DNA of 64,000 bases, from the NCBI GenBank assembly GCA_964409595.1, contig CAYPDR010000024.1:63808-127807 (forward strand), in the 5' to 3' direction. The position numbers were made by a program, and so were the translations under genes. This DNA is from an uncultured Dehalococcoidia bacterium. Its GTDB lineage: Bacteria > Chloroflexota > Dehalococcoidia > Lucifugimonadales > UBA826. Positions 1 through 10,034 of this stretch are shown here, piece by piece. The notes beneath the pieces are model-generated. The model saw nothing but the letters and a program-made list of their open reading frames with translations, ran no database searches and was not told the DNA's origin. Each line of letters begins with the position of its first letter. Position 1 is the stretch's first letter.

Positions 1-105
1 AAAAAGAGCAATCCGACTACTTCATTGACCCTGACTTTACCCGCTGTTACGATTCAAGGTGAATCGAATTAACAAATCCTAAACTTAGGTGCTACATTTC
101 CTCAG

Positions 106-741
106 TTGAATTCTCAAGATCTCACCCTTAAGATCGGCGAAATAGCGTTACGAGTCTCAAAATGCTCTGACTGCAGACTTTCAAAAACAAGAAATCTAAC
201 TGTACCCGGAAGGGGCAATCCTACTTCAAGGATAATGCTCATCGGTGAAGCACCTGGATATAACGAAGATAGACAAGGCACACCGTTTGTGGGACGTGCA
301 GGTAATGTGTTAGATCAATTGCTTCAATCCATCGGTTTAAATCGTAGAGACGTATTTATAACCAACATGGTGAAGTGCCGACCACCAAAGAACCGTGACC
401 CACAAGTTGAAGAACTTAATTCTTGCTCGATTTTTTTGGACGAACAAATAACCGCCATTGACCCTTCGGTCATCATCACGCTTGGAAGATTTTCGTTCGC
501 TAAATTTTTCCCAGATCTATCCCTTAGTCAATCTAGAGGTACCCCTCGCATATGGAAAGGTATAAATATATTCCCCATGTATCATCCTGCCGCGGCACTT
601 TACAATCCCGCCTTACGCCCCAGGTTAGAGCAAGATTTCAACAAGATACCTCAATTGCTTGAACACTTCTGGAAGGCAGGTGCCATCAAATCCGGAACCT
701 CGCCAGAGGTAACAGAACGGCAACTTGGATTGTTTGATTGA
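106..741 (+). CDS. Family-4 type uracil-DNA glycosylase
   Basis: 211-aa ORF with a TTG start. Carries the GEAPGYNED and HPAAALYNP motifs and an N-terminal CSDCRL Cys cluster, all typical of Fe-S family-4 UDGs. Confidence 0.8.
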   Translation: MNSQDLTLKIGEIALRVSKCSDCRLSKTRNLTVPGRGNPTSRIMLIGEAPGYNEDRQGTPFVGRAGNVLDQLLQSIGLNRRDVFITNMVKCRPPKNRDPQVEELNSCSIFLDEQITAIDPSVIITLGRFSFAKFFPDLSLSQSRGTPRIWKGINIFPMYHPAAALYNPALRPRLEQDFNKIPQLLEHFWKAGAIKSGTSPEVTERQLGLFD

Positions 742-2417
742 GCAATTTCAAAATACCTAACAAAGATCAACCCATCAGAGTCATCCCATTAGGTGGTTTG
801 GGAGCGATCGGCCAAAACATGATGGTCATAGAGATGGGATCGGATGTTCTCCTTATTGATGCTGGGGTCCTGTTCCCAGACAAAGATATATACGGAGTAG
901 AAATTGGCCTACCCGACATTTCTTATTTGGAAAGAAATTCAAACCGCGTTAAAGCGATATTGATCACACACGGTCATGAGGACCACATAGGAGCACTACC
1001 CTATCTATTAAACCGAATCGACGCCCCAGTCTATTCCTCCCGACTAACTAAGGAACTGATCTCCAATAAACTGAGAAGGTCGACCTTAGAGAGTGCTCCG
1101 CGTTTAGTAGTTATAGAACCAGATGAAGCCTTCAACGTAGGCTGTTTCGATGTTAGGTTTTTCCGAGTATGCCATTCCATACCAGACTCGATGGGAATCG
1201 CGATACAAACACCATTGGGCGCAATCGTGCACACCGGTGATTTTAAAATCGACCATAACCCTGCGGATGGCGTTACTACAGATCTCGCTGCAATAGGGCG
1301 ACTCGCTGAATCAGGAATCCTTCTACTTTTGTCAGACTCTACTTACGCGGAAATGGAGGGTTACACCGAATCAGAATCTGTAATGGTGGAAACTTTTGAC
1401 AACCTTATTGAGAATGCAAAGGGTCGGGTGATATTCGCTACTTTCGCTTCTTTAATTTCCAGGATACAGCAGATTATAGACGCTTCTCACCGACACAGAC
1501 GAAAGGTAGGTATTCTGGGGAGAAGTATGAATATCAACGTAAAGATGGCCCTAAGGATGGGATACATCACAGATCCTGGAAACGTCCTAATCCCAATTCG
1601 AGAAATACGGAAAATGCCCAGGAACAGGACAATATTAATCGCCACCGGGAGTCAAGGAGAGCCGAAAGCGGCCATCTCTAGAATATCCGAAGGGCTTCAT
1701 CCCGAAATCTTCATACTAGACGATGACACAGTAGTTTTTTCCTCCTCCCCGATTCCTGGAAATGAAACCTCTGTCGCACGAACCATCAATAACCTGCTCA
1801 GGCTTGGCGCTGAAGTCGTATACAGCCGAATAGCCAAAGTTCATGTACATGGACACGCCTACAGAGAAGAACTGAAAACAATGTTAAGCATAGCTAAACC
1901 GAAATACTTCGTTCCTATACACGGTGAGTACCGCCACTTGAAAGCACACGCTCAAATTGCAAAGGAAATGGGACTACACAAAGAGACCATATTTATCATG
2001 GAAAATGGAAACGTGCTTGAAATAATCGATAGTGGGGCAAAGATGGCCGAACCGGTAGAGTCGGGCACAGTGTTCATGGAAGGGGAAAATACATGGGATG
2101 CCTCAAGCAACCTTCTCAAAGAGAGACACCAGCTATCCCGGCAAGGCGCCATATCTGTGAGCATAACTATTGACAGAAAAAAGGGGAGAATTACAGAACC
2201 TCCGGTGATCATTTCGGCTGGATTTCAAGAATTGGAAAAAGCAAAGCAATCACTTCAATCAGCTTCTAAAGTAGTCCAGAATATGCTGGAAGATAGAGAC
2301 CTTTTGGTACTAGATTTAGAGGATATCGAATCAGAAGTTATTAAATGCCTTTCGAATCATTTATTCAAGGGAACGAAAAAGCGTCCCATTATAATGCCTA
2401 TGGTTAAATTCTTGTAG
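738..2417 (+). CDS. rnj: Ribonuclease J (metallo-beta-lactamase/beta-CASP)
   Basis: 559 aa. THGHEDHIGALPYL metallo-beta-lactamase motif with RNase J-like length and C-terminal domain. The TTG start overlaps the UDG stop (TTGA). Confidence 0.88.
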   Translation: MSNFKIPNKDQPIRVIPLGGLGAIGQNMMVIEMGSDVLLIDAGVLFPDKDIYGVEIGLPDISYLERNSNRVKAILITHGHEDHIGALPYLLNRIDAPVYSSRLTKELISNKLRRSTLESAPRLVVIEPDEAFNVGCFDVRFFRVCHSIPDSMGIAIQTPLGAIVHTGDFKIDHNPADGVTTDLAAIGRLAESGILLLLSDSTYAEMEGYTESESVMVETFDNLIENAKGRVIFATFASLISRIQQIIDASHRHRRKVGILGRSMNINVKMALRMGYITDPGNVLIPIREIRKMPRNRTILIATGSQGEPKAAISRISEGLHPEIFILDDDTVVFSSSPIPGNETSVARTINNLLRLGAEVVYSRIAKVHVHGHAYREELKTMLSIAKPKYFVPIHGEYRHLKAHAQIAKEMGLHKETIFIMENGNVLEIIDSGAKMAEPVESGTVFMEGENTWDASSNLLKERHQLSRQGAISVSITIDRKKGRITEPPVIISAGFQELEKAKQSLQSASKVVQNMLEDRDLLVLDLEDIESEVIKCLSNHLFKGTKKRPIIMPMVKFL

Positions 2418-2506
2418 ATCCTATAGTTTCACCAAAGTCACCTTGGTGAAAGTTATTTTAGGTAATGAAATTTGTCCGACAATTAACATTTGTTCAGTAA
2501 CCGATT

Positions 2507-5086
2507 TTGAGAATGGTCAGGAAACAAGACAAGTCAAATAACCCCACTAATATCAGAATCCCATCTGTCTATATTAGCTTTAGACAAATTTCGATTGCCA
2601 CTTTAACGCTATTTCTTGCCACTATATCTATTTTGTTCTACGTAAATTTCAAGGTCGCCACAGAATTCGTGATTGGACAAATTGAAATTTTACTGACATG
2701 GACCGGGTTGGGAATAGTTCCCATACTCTTCTCAATATGCTTGATCTTCTGGTCAATAAGGTCAGGAAAATTGCGGTCCTACATCTTACGAAACAAACGG
2801 ATTGTTATTGGCTTATATGGATTAATCATTGCCTTATGGGGTATCTCTGCACTCTACACTCCCACAAGCGGATTTCCGGGATGGACTACGGGCTCTTCTG
2901 CTATTCCCGTTGGAGGAAACATAGGTACCCTAATAATAGGTTCTAATGTAACTCATGCCGTAATTCGCCTCCTTATAATTTCAATCTCGTCCATAGTAAT
3001 CATTAAACCCTCACTTGTTCATTTATCGTGGAATTCGGTCAGGAAATTAATGAGGGTACTCTACAGCTGCTTGGCAGCCCTGATTAGATACATTTCTGGA
3101 ATGTATGAAAAAGATGGAAGCACAAGAGCCCTCGAGGCTCATACCGAAGGATTAAATGTAGAGGACCAGTATCTGCCCGCTGACTTGCTAACGCCACATA
3201 TGAGAGAAAGTGAAATTATTGGCGATATATCGGATATGGAAGTCGAAATTGAGAAGGACGAAAACAGAATCTCTTCCGACCATTCGACTAGTTCAAGTTC
3301 CTTCACTAAACCGGAGAACTTTTTTGTTTCAAACAAGAAATCGCAAGACTATGAAGCGCGGTCAAGCCTAGCAGACTCAGGCATCCTAAATGCATCGCAC
3401 CGAACAAGAAACCAAGATGTATCACAAAAAGACGGAGCAAAATTTAACAAGTTCTGGATAAATCAGAAAGCTGAATCAAGAATACATGCAGAGGTCGTCA
3501 ATAGTGCTGGAAAACTTACCCAGAGGGACTCCACCCCCAACACTAAAATTGAGGACATTACATCGCCCTCTCCAGGCATAGCTAACCAGTGGAAACAACC
3601 TGAGTTAGAGTTGCTAAATAGTGCCGAAGAACTAGGGATAAGCCCAGAAGAAATAGAAGCTACTTCTCGTACGATAAAAACAACATTCGCCGAATACAGA
3701 GTTGAAATTGAAGTGGAAAAAGTTCGCCCAGGTCCAGCCGTGACTATGTACGGAATAGAGCCAGGGTGGGTCAGAAAATCTAAACGTGTTCGAATAAAGG
3801 ACAAAAACGGAAACCCAAAATTAGATGAAAAGGGTAAACCATTAGTAATCCAACGTGAAGACAAGACCCGAGTCAGCGTGGATAACATTTTGAGGAGGGA
3901 AAAGGACCTTTCTCTAGCCTTAAAAACCCCCAGTTTACGTATTGAAACCCCGGTGATGGGAGAGTCGTTACTGGGAATTGAAGTTCCGAATCCTAACCCG
4001 AGTCTTGTCTCCTTACGAAAAGTAATGGAAAGCAACAGGTATAGATCATTAAAGGGTAAAACTTCTCTTCCAGTGGCTTTGGGTAGAGGTTCTGACGGCG
4101 AAGAAGTTGTTTTTGACTTAGCAAGAATGCCACATATGTTGATTGCAGGTTCCACTGGAAGCGGTAAAAGTGTGTGTATGAACGCCATAATCTCTTGCCT
4201 GCTCATGGTAAGAAATCCTTCCGAATTACAAATGCTGCTTATTGATCCGAAAAGGGTTGAATTAACGCCTTATAACGGAATTCCACATCTCATCACCCCT
4301 GTGGTAGTAGAAACAGATGGTGTGGTAAACCTCTTGAAAGGGTTAATCGCAGAAATGATGGATCGTTATAGGACGATGGAAGAAGTCGGAGTCAGAAACA
4401 TAGAATCCTTCAACCAGAAAATGCCAGGGAAAAAGATGCCCTACCTAGTTGTTGCAATTGATGAGTTGGCAGACCTAATGATGACTGCGGCTTTCGATAT
4501 AGAACAATCCATATGTAGGTTAGCACAGCTGGGTCGAGCAACAGGCATACACTTATTGATCGCAACACAGCGACCTTCTGTAGATGTAATAACTGGGCTG
4601 ATAAAGGCTAACTTTCCCAGTAGAATAAGTTTCGCGGTAACCTCACAGATAGACTCACGCACAATATTAGATAACACAGGAGCAGAACGACTACTGGGAC
4701 GCGGAGACATGTTGTACCAACCCATTGACGGAACACGTCCGACAAGAGTACAAAGCGTCTTTATATCCGACAGCGAAATTCAAGCCATAGTAGAGCATTG
4801 GAAAAATATCCCTTCTTCCTCCCGACCACAAATTAACCTTGCGACTCTCGGCAACAATGATTTCAAAGAGGAAGCCAATATTTCACCAGGTCACCAAACT
4901 CGGGATCAGCTAGCCGACAGAGCCATAGAATTAGCTCATAGGCATACCAAACTATCTACGTCTCTCCTACAACGCAGGCTCCGTATCGGGTATCCCAGAG
5001 CTGCTAGACTCATGGACGAACTGGAAGACATGGGAATCGTTGGCCCAGGTGATGGGTCAAAATCTCGCGATGTTATAATCTCGTAA
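2507..5086 (+). CDS. ftsK: DNA translocase FtsK/SpoIIIE
   Basis: N-terminal TM helices, then a long low-complexity linker. Motor domain has Walker A GSTGSGKS and Walker B VVAIDELADLM. C-terminal gamma winged helix (LLQRRLRIGYPRAARLMDELE). The exact start is uncertain. Confidence 0.9.
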   Translation: MRMVRKQDKSNNPTNIRIPSVYISFRQISIATLTLFLATISILFYVNFKVATEFVIGQIEILLTWTGLGIVPILFSICLIFWSIRSGKLRSYILRNKRIVIGLYGLIIALWGISALYTPTSGFPGWTTGSSAIPVGGNIGTLIIGSNVTHAVIRLLIISISSIVIIKPSLVHLSWNSVRKLMRVLYSCLAALIRYISGMYEKDGSTRALEAHTEGLNVEDQYLPADLLTPHMRESEIIGDISDMEVEIEKDENRISSDHSTSSSSFTKPENFFVSNKKSQDYEARSSLADSGILNASHRTRNQDVSQKDGAKFNKFWINQKAESRIHAEVVNSAGKLTQRDSTPNTKIEDITSPSPGIANQWKQPELELLNSAEELGISPEEIEATSRTIKTTFAEYRVEIEVEKVRPGPAVTMYGIEPGWVRKSKRVRIKDKNGNPKLDEKGKPLVIQREDKTRVSVDNILRREKDLSLALKTPSLRIETPVMGESLLGIEVPNPNPSLVSLRKVMESNRYRSLKGKTSLPVALGRGSDGEEVVFDLARMPHMLIAGSTGSGKSVCMNAIISCLLMVRNPSELQMLLIDPKRVELTPYNGIPHLITPVVVETDGVVNLLKGLIAEMMDRYRTMEEVGVRNIESFNQKMPGKKMPYLVVAIDELADLMMTAAFDIEQSICRLAQLGRATGIHLLIATQRPSVDVITGLIKANFPSRISFAVTSQIDSRTILDNTGAERLLGRGDMLYQPIDGTRPTRVQSVFISDSEIQAIVEHWKNIPSSSRPQINLATLGNNDFKEEANISPGHQTRDQLADRAIELAHRHTKLSTSLLQRRLRIGYPRAARLMDELEDMGIVGPGDGSKSRDVIIS

Positions 5087-5126
5087 GATTCTATGTGATC
5101 GCCCTTCATTTTCAGGAAATCTATTT

Positions 5127-6914
5127 ATGCGCACAAACTTTTCAAGTTTGGTAGAAAGACTTTTAAAGGGTCAAAATACCGAGCCTATAGATACCGGCGG
5201 ACACTCTTTTTGCTTGGTTTGCGATTCCAACCTCTCGGAGTCGCGATCCTATCTGAACTACAAAGTTTGCTCAACTTGCCAATTTCATTACAGCATGACC
5301 GCAAGAGAAAGGATAGATTTTCTAGCTGACAAAGGTACATTCCGAGAAACCAACAAGTCCCTTTCGTCTATGGATCCTCTTTCTTTCTCTTCAAGAACTT
5401 CCTACAAGGAGCAGATATTTCGCGACCAGAAAAGAACTGGACTTACTGAAGCAGTTGTAACGGGATCCTGCAAAATTGGCGGAGTATCATGCGTATTGAT
5501 TGTCCTAGATTTCGGGTTTATGGGTGGATCGATGGGTTGTGTAGTAGGAGAAAAAATATCGCTTGCCTTTGAACGAGCTACGAAACGAAACTTGCCCGTA
5601 ATAAGCGTCATAACTAGCGGCGGTTCGCGAATACAAGAGGGCATATTGTCATTGATGCAAATGGCTAAAACTTCTGTAACATCTAACAAACTACATGAAA
5701 AGGGAATTCCATACATATCAATACTAGCGAACCCGGCCACTGGGCAAGCTTTCGCAAGCTTTGGAAATGCTGCGGACATCATACTGGCAGAGCCAGGCGC
5801 AATAGTTGGCTACAGTCCTCTTCGAACAGTTAAGGAAAGTCAAGAGAATGTAGCGGAAAATGCCCATACCGCTGAATCGCAATTGAAACACGGAATGATA
5901 GATGCCGTCGCCGATAGAGCCAAGCTCAAAGAGATCGTATCAGTTCTGCTAGACTTGCTTCAGAAAGAATTCAAGTTGCAAAAAACTGGTGTGCGAGATG
6001 AAACTTTACGGGATTCTGCGCCTACTGGAGCGTGGCACTCTGTGCAGCTCGCAAGGCACACTTCAAGGCCTACCGCCCTGGACCTAATGGCGCGAATGAT
6101 GGACGACTTTGTGGAACTACATGGAGACAGAATGTACGGCGATGACCAGTCTGTCGTTTGCGGACTCGGCCATTTGGGAGGCCAAACTGTCGCCGTAATC
6201 GGCCAAGAACGCAGGCGTCCAACAAATTCAAGCCTTGAGAGACGCGACGGGCGAATCTTACCGGAAGGTCTTCGAAAAGCCCAACGAACACTCCTACTAG
6301 CAGAAAAATTTGATGTTCCAATAATTACGTTACTCGACACACCAGGTGCCAATTTATCCACAGAAGCAGAAACCAGAGGAATAGGAAATGCAATCGCCTC
6401 TACCATGGCGGTGATGTCAGATATAGAAATACCTACAATATCTGTGATAATAGGAGAAGGTGGCAGTGCCGGTGCCCTTGCTCTAGGTACTGCAGACAAA
6501 TTACTAATGATGGAAAATGCCATATACACAGCTGTGTCACCAGAAGATGCTGCCCAAGTACTATATCAAGATGAATGCAAGGCTCAAGATGCGGCGGAAT
6601 CCTTAAAGCTTACTGCGTTCAACTGCCATGAGCTTGGCATAATAGACAATATTGTCCCAGAACCCGAAGGGGGAGCGCACACCAACCATCACCAAGCTGC
6701 CCGACTACTAAAGCGAAACATCCTCCACGAACTTGCGGATCTTCAAAAACTCTCTAAGCGAAGTAGGCAGAGGAAGCGATACAAAAAATTTCGCAATATA
6801 GGCGAATACGGTTCGCTCTTCCGCTCTTCCATTTCACGTGAGGTGAACATGTTGAGAGGAACGGTTGCAAGAAAAGTGAGAGAAATCCGGGTCAAATCGA
6901 TTCCTACTGATTAG
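5127..6914 (+). CDS. Acetyl-CoA carboxylase carboxyltransferase, fused beta (AccD) and alpha (AccA) halves
   Basis: 595 aa. The N-terminal Zn ribbon (CLVC...CSTC) and AccD-like half continue without a stop into an AccA-like half (TLLDTPGA, GEGGSAGALALG). Confidence 0.85.
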   Translation: MRTNFSSLVERLLKGQNTEPIDTGGHSFCLVCDSNLSESRSYLNYKVCSTCQFHYSMTARERIDFLADKGTFRETNKSLSSMDPLSFSSRTSYKEQIFRDQKRTGLTEAVVTGSCKIGGVSCVLIVLDFGFMGGSMGCVVGEKISLAFERATKRNLPVISVITSGGSRIQEGILSLMQMAKTSVTSNKLHEKGIPYISILANPATGQAFASFGNAADIILAEPGAIVGYSPLRTVKESQENVAENAHTAESQLKHGMIDAVADRAKLKEIVSVLLDLLQKEFKLQKTGVRDETLRDSAPTGAWHSVQLARHTSRPTALDLMARMMDDFVELHGDRMYGDDQSVVCGLGHLGGQTVAVIGQERRRPTNSSLERRDGRILPEGLRKAQRTLLLAEKFDVPIITLLDTPGANLSTEAETRGIGNAIASTMAVMSDIEIPTISVIIGEGGSAGALALGTADKLLMMENAIYTAVSPEDAAQVLYQDECKAQDAAESLKLTAFNCHELGIIDNIVPEPEGGAHTNHHQAARLLKRNILHELADLQKLSKRSRQRKRYKKFRNIGEYGSLFRSSISREVNMLRGTVARKVREIRVKSIPTD

Positions 6915-6926
6915 AAGTCAATAATA

Positions 6927-7784
6927 TTAGAGCCTCAGGACCTTCTCAGCGTTCCGTCCCAGAATCAACTCCTTTACGTCTTCGCCAATCCCAGTCGCAT
7001 TATTAACCCATTCAGCTGGTGAATCCAGTCCCATATCAAATGGAAAGTCGCTCCCCAAAAGAACCCTATCTGACCCTACCCTATTTATGAGAAATTCCAG
7101 TTGATCGTACCCGTGCGTTAAGCAATCGTAGTAGAATGAACTGAGGTAGTCACCAGGAAGTTTGTCAATATTAGTGCGCGGCTCATTCCTGACCAGGTGG
7201 CCCCTATTTAGTCGGGGTATCCCGTAGCAAGCGTACCCACCTCCGTGAGCGAAACACAATTTCAAATCAGGGTAACGATCCATGACACCGCCGAATATAA
7301 CGCTAGATATTGCGATTGTATTTTCCAATGGATTACCGATCAAATTGGCCAAATAATATTCTTTCATACGGTTTGTTCCAGCGGGAGCATGCGGGTGAAA
7401 GAAAAGGAAGGCCCCTAATGACTCTGCCACTTCGAATAGAGGCCACAATGACCTATCGTCATAATTTACACCATTTACATGAGTGCAAATTTCGGCCCCT
7501 TTCATTCCTTGAGAAAGGGCCCACTCGAGCTCCGAAACAGCGGCCCCGATATCCTGAAGCGGTATCGTAGCCAATGAATCAAACCGATCAGGTTTAATTG
7601 ATGTCATCTCAATCAGTTCTTCATTAATTATTCGTGCCGAGCAGATACCCATGTCCTTATCTAGGTGGTAGTTGAAAAAATATGGTGGTGTAGAAATCAG
7701 CTGTTTATCGACGCCAATTGAATCCATCAGAAGGACACGTTGGTCAATGGTGAGATGCCAATTAGGCTCGATAGGACCTGCCAA
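6927..7784 (-). CDS. Amidohydrolase-2 (ACMSD-like) family metal-dependent hydrolase/decarboxylase; the real start is probably upstream, near 7925
   Basis: The body matches amidohydrolase_2 (FFHPHAP, FAHGGG, LLGSDFPFD). The same frame stays open upstream to 7952 and encodes the canonical metal-binding N-terminus NPSIDVHSHHVPGDFW. See the related finding. Confidence 0.75.
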   Translation of the reverse strand: MAGPIEPNWHLTIDQRVLLMDSIGVDKQLISTPPYFFNYHLDKDMGICSARIINEELIEMTSIKPDRFDSLATIPLQDIGAAVSELEWALSQGMKGAEICTHVNGVNYDDRSLWPLFEVAESLGAFLFFHPHAPAGTNRMKEYYLANLIGNPLENTIAISSVIFGGVMDRYPDLKLCFAHGGGYACYGIPRLNRGHLVRNEPRTNIDKLPGDYLSSFYYDCLTHGYDQLEFLINRVGSDRVLLGSDFPFDMGLDSPAEWVNNATGIGEDVKELILGRNAEKVLRL

Positions 7785-7921
7785 ACGGTCCTTCGTATCG
7801 ATAAATCGCTTCCCGCTTTTTTCTTTTATGGAGGCACCGAACCACGAATTCCCAGCTGCACAGGCCTTCCAGAAGTCGCCCGGAACGTGATGGGAATGAA
7901 CATCTATACTGGGATTTTTTT

Positions 7922-8536
7922 TCAGGACGGTAGCACCCCACCATGCATAGGTCTATTTGATTCAAAAGAAGCTATCTTATCTTCATCTTCTAATGTTAGT
8001 CCGATTTCATCCAGCCCATTGAGTAGACAATGACGCCTGAACGGCTCTATATTGAATTCGGTTACCACCTCTTCATTTTCGTCCCAAATTCTCTGGCCCT
8101 CTAAGTCAACCGTTATTTTATATCCAGGGTTATTCTCCGAGTTTTCTATCAAGATTTTTACGGTTTCCTCTGGAAGTACAACAGGTAATATTCCATTCTG
8201 AAAACAATTCGCAAAAAATATGTCGGCAAAGCTGGGAGCAATTATGCATTTGATTCCGAAATCTTGCAGCGCCCAGGGAGCATGCTCCCTGGAGGACCCG
8301 CACCCGAAATTTCTACCACTTACAAGGATTGAGGCATTTCTATATCCGCTTTTATTAAGTATAAAATCAGGATTCGCAGATCCATTTTCCTCAAACCTCC
8401 AATCATTAAACAGATACTGCCCGAAGCCCGTCCTTTCAACTCTTTTGAGGAACTGCTTTGGAATTATCTGATCAGTATCTACATTCACACGGTCAAGTGG
8501 AGCAATCGCTCCTGTCAAAGTATCAAACGCATCCAT
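7922..8536 (-). CDS. leuD: 3-isopropylmalate dehydratase small subunit
   Basis: 204 aa with the LeuD motif GRNFGCGSSREHAPWAL. Lies directly downstream of leuC. Confidence 0.92.
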   Translation of the reverse strand: MDAFDTLTGAIAPLDRVNVDTDQIIPKQFLKRVERTGFGQYLFNDWRFEENGSANPDFILNKSGYRNASILVSGRNFGCGSSREHAPWALQDFGIKCIIAPSFADIFFANCFQNGILPVVLPEETVKILIENSENNPGYKITVDLEGQRIWDENEEVVTEFNIEPFRRHCLLNGLDEIGLTLEDEDKIASFESNRPMHGGVLPS

Positions 8537-8546
8537 TGTTCACTCT

Positions 8547-9950
8547 CTATATCCATTCTCTAGTGTCTACAAAGTGTCCGGCAACAGCAGCGGCAGCAGC
8601 CATCTCAGGACTCACCAAATGAGTTCTACCGCCTTTCCCTTGCCTACCTTCGAAATTTCTGTTCGAAGTAGAAGCACATCTCTCTTCAGGCTTTAGAATA
8701 TCTGGGTTCATGCCAAGACACATCGAACATCCCGCCTCTCTCCAATCGAATCCAGCTTCTTTAAATATTTGATCCAATCCTTCTTCCTCAGCTTGGCGTT
8801 TAATTGCGTTCGAACCTGGTACCACCATCGCATAAACTCCGTCACTAACTTTTCGGCCTCTTGCGATTTCTGACGCAGCCCTTAAATCATCCATTCTTGA
8901 GTTCGTACAAGATCCAATAAAAACCCTGTCTATAGAGATGTCCTCAATATGAGTCCCCGGCTCTAGTCCCATGTAGTCCAACGCCCTAGCAACCGATTCT
9001 TTCTCCCCTTCATCCTCGTAATCGAGTGGATTCGGTACAGCCGCCGTTACCGGTGCCACCATTCCAGGATTTGTTCCCCAAGTTACGTGAGGTTGAAGTG
9101 TCGAAGCGTCGACAATCACCACGTCATCGTATTCCGCACCCTCGTCACTTTCAAGTTTCTTCCAAGCCTCTATTGCATTGTCAAATTCTTTGCCCTGCGG
9201 AACATTTTCTCGACCACGCATGTAATCGAAAGTGACCTCATCAGGGGCAACCATGCCAGCCCTCGCTCCAGCTTCGATACTCATGTTACATACAGTCATC
9301 CTCCCTTCCATGGACAACGACCTAATTGCTTCCCCAGTATATTCAATTACATGGCCCGCTGCCCCCGCCGTTCCGATTTTCCCAATGATGCCGAGAACAA
9401 CATCCTTAGCCGACACTCCATGAGGCAGCGAACCATCAACTCTGACTTCCATCGTCTTGGGTTTGAATTGACGCAATGTTTGAGTGGCGAGAACATGCTC
9501 TACTTCAGAGGTCCCGATACCAATGGCGAAGGCTCCAAACGCACCATGCGTGGAGGTATGGCTATCACCACAAACGATGGTTTTACCAGGTTGGGTATGG
9601 CCTTGTTCGGGCCCGATCACATGAACGATGCCTTGTAGAGGACTGAACCGATCGTGAAGAGTTACTCCAAATTCCTCGCAATTTCTTGATAGAGTGTCTA
9701 ATTGTTGTTTAGCAATAGGATCGGTGATCGGTAACGACAAATCCCAAGTCGGTGTGTTGTGGTCCGCTACCGCCACCGTCAAATCGGTCCTCCGTACTCC
9801 ACGACCAGCCATTCTCAGTCCTTCAAACGCTTGCGGTGAAGTGACCTCATGGACTAAATGAAGATCAACATAGAGGATGGATGGCTTGCCCAATTCTTCA
9901 TTAACTAGGTGAGCGTCCCAAATTTTTTCAAACATAGTTTTAGGAATCAT
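8547..9950 (-). CDS. leuC: 3-isopropylmalate dehydratase large subunit
   Basis: 467 aa of the aconitase family with Fe-S ligand motifs ([20 protein letters not shown]). Confidence 0.95.
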   Translation of the reverse strand: MIPKTMFEKIWDAHLVNEELGKPSILYVDLHLVHEVTSPQAFEGLRMAGRGVRRTDLTVAVADHNTPTWDLSLPITDPIAKQQLDTLSRNCEEFGVTLHDRFSPLQGIVHVIGPEQGHTQPGKTIVCGDSHTSTHGAFGAFAIGIGTSEVEHVLATQTLRQFKPKTMEVRVDGSLPHGVSAKDVVLGIIGKIGTAGAAGHVIEYTGEAIRSLSMEGRMTVCNMSIEAGARAGMVAPDEVTFDYMRGRENVPQGKEFDNAIEAWKKLESDEGAEYDDVVIVDASTLQPHVTWGTNPGMVAPVTAAVPNPLDYEDEGEKESVARALDYMGLEPGTHIEDISIDRVFIGSCTNSRMDDLRAASEIARGRKVSDGVYAMVVPGSNAIKRQAEEEGLDQIFKEAGFDWREAGCSMCLGMNPDILKPEERCASTSNRNFEGRQGKGGRTHLVSPEMAAAAAVAGHFVDTREWI

Positions 9951-10034
9951 TTAATACTCCAAATGCTGTATTTAGGAAAACACCCCCCACCGACAGATCG
10001 GCGGAATATAAGCACTTATTGAAAACGTTTAATG

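Noticed and set aside
1-72. Open frame reaching the left window edge (…KKSNPTTSLTLTLPAVTIQGESN-stop).
   Set aside because: Only 23 codons are visible and no motif is present, so I cannot support it as the 3' end of a gene.
3463-4206. Long antisense ORFs inside well-supported genes. Examples are the 247 aa opposite ftsK here, and also 5960-6529, 9087-9638, 21302-21739, 24456-24902, 42660-43178, 43411-43863, 51655-52092 and 54548-54982.
   Set aside because: Each lies entirely within, and opposite to, a gene with strong family motifs. The translations are low-complexity, Ser/Pro/Arg-rich and without motifs, which is typical of shadow ORFs.
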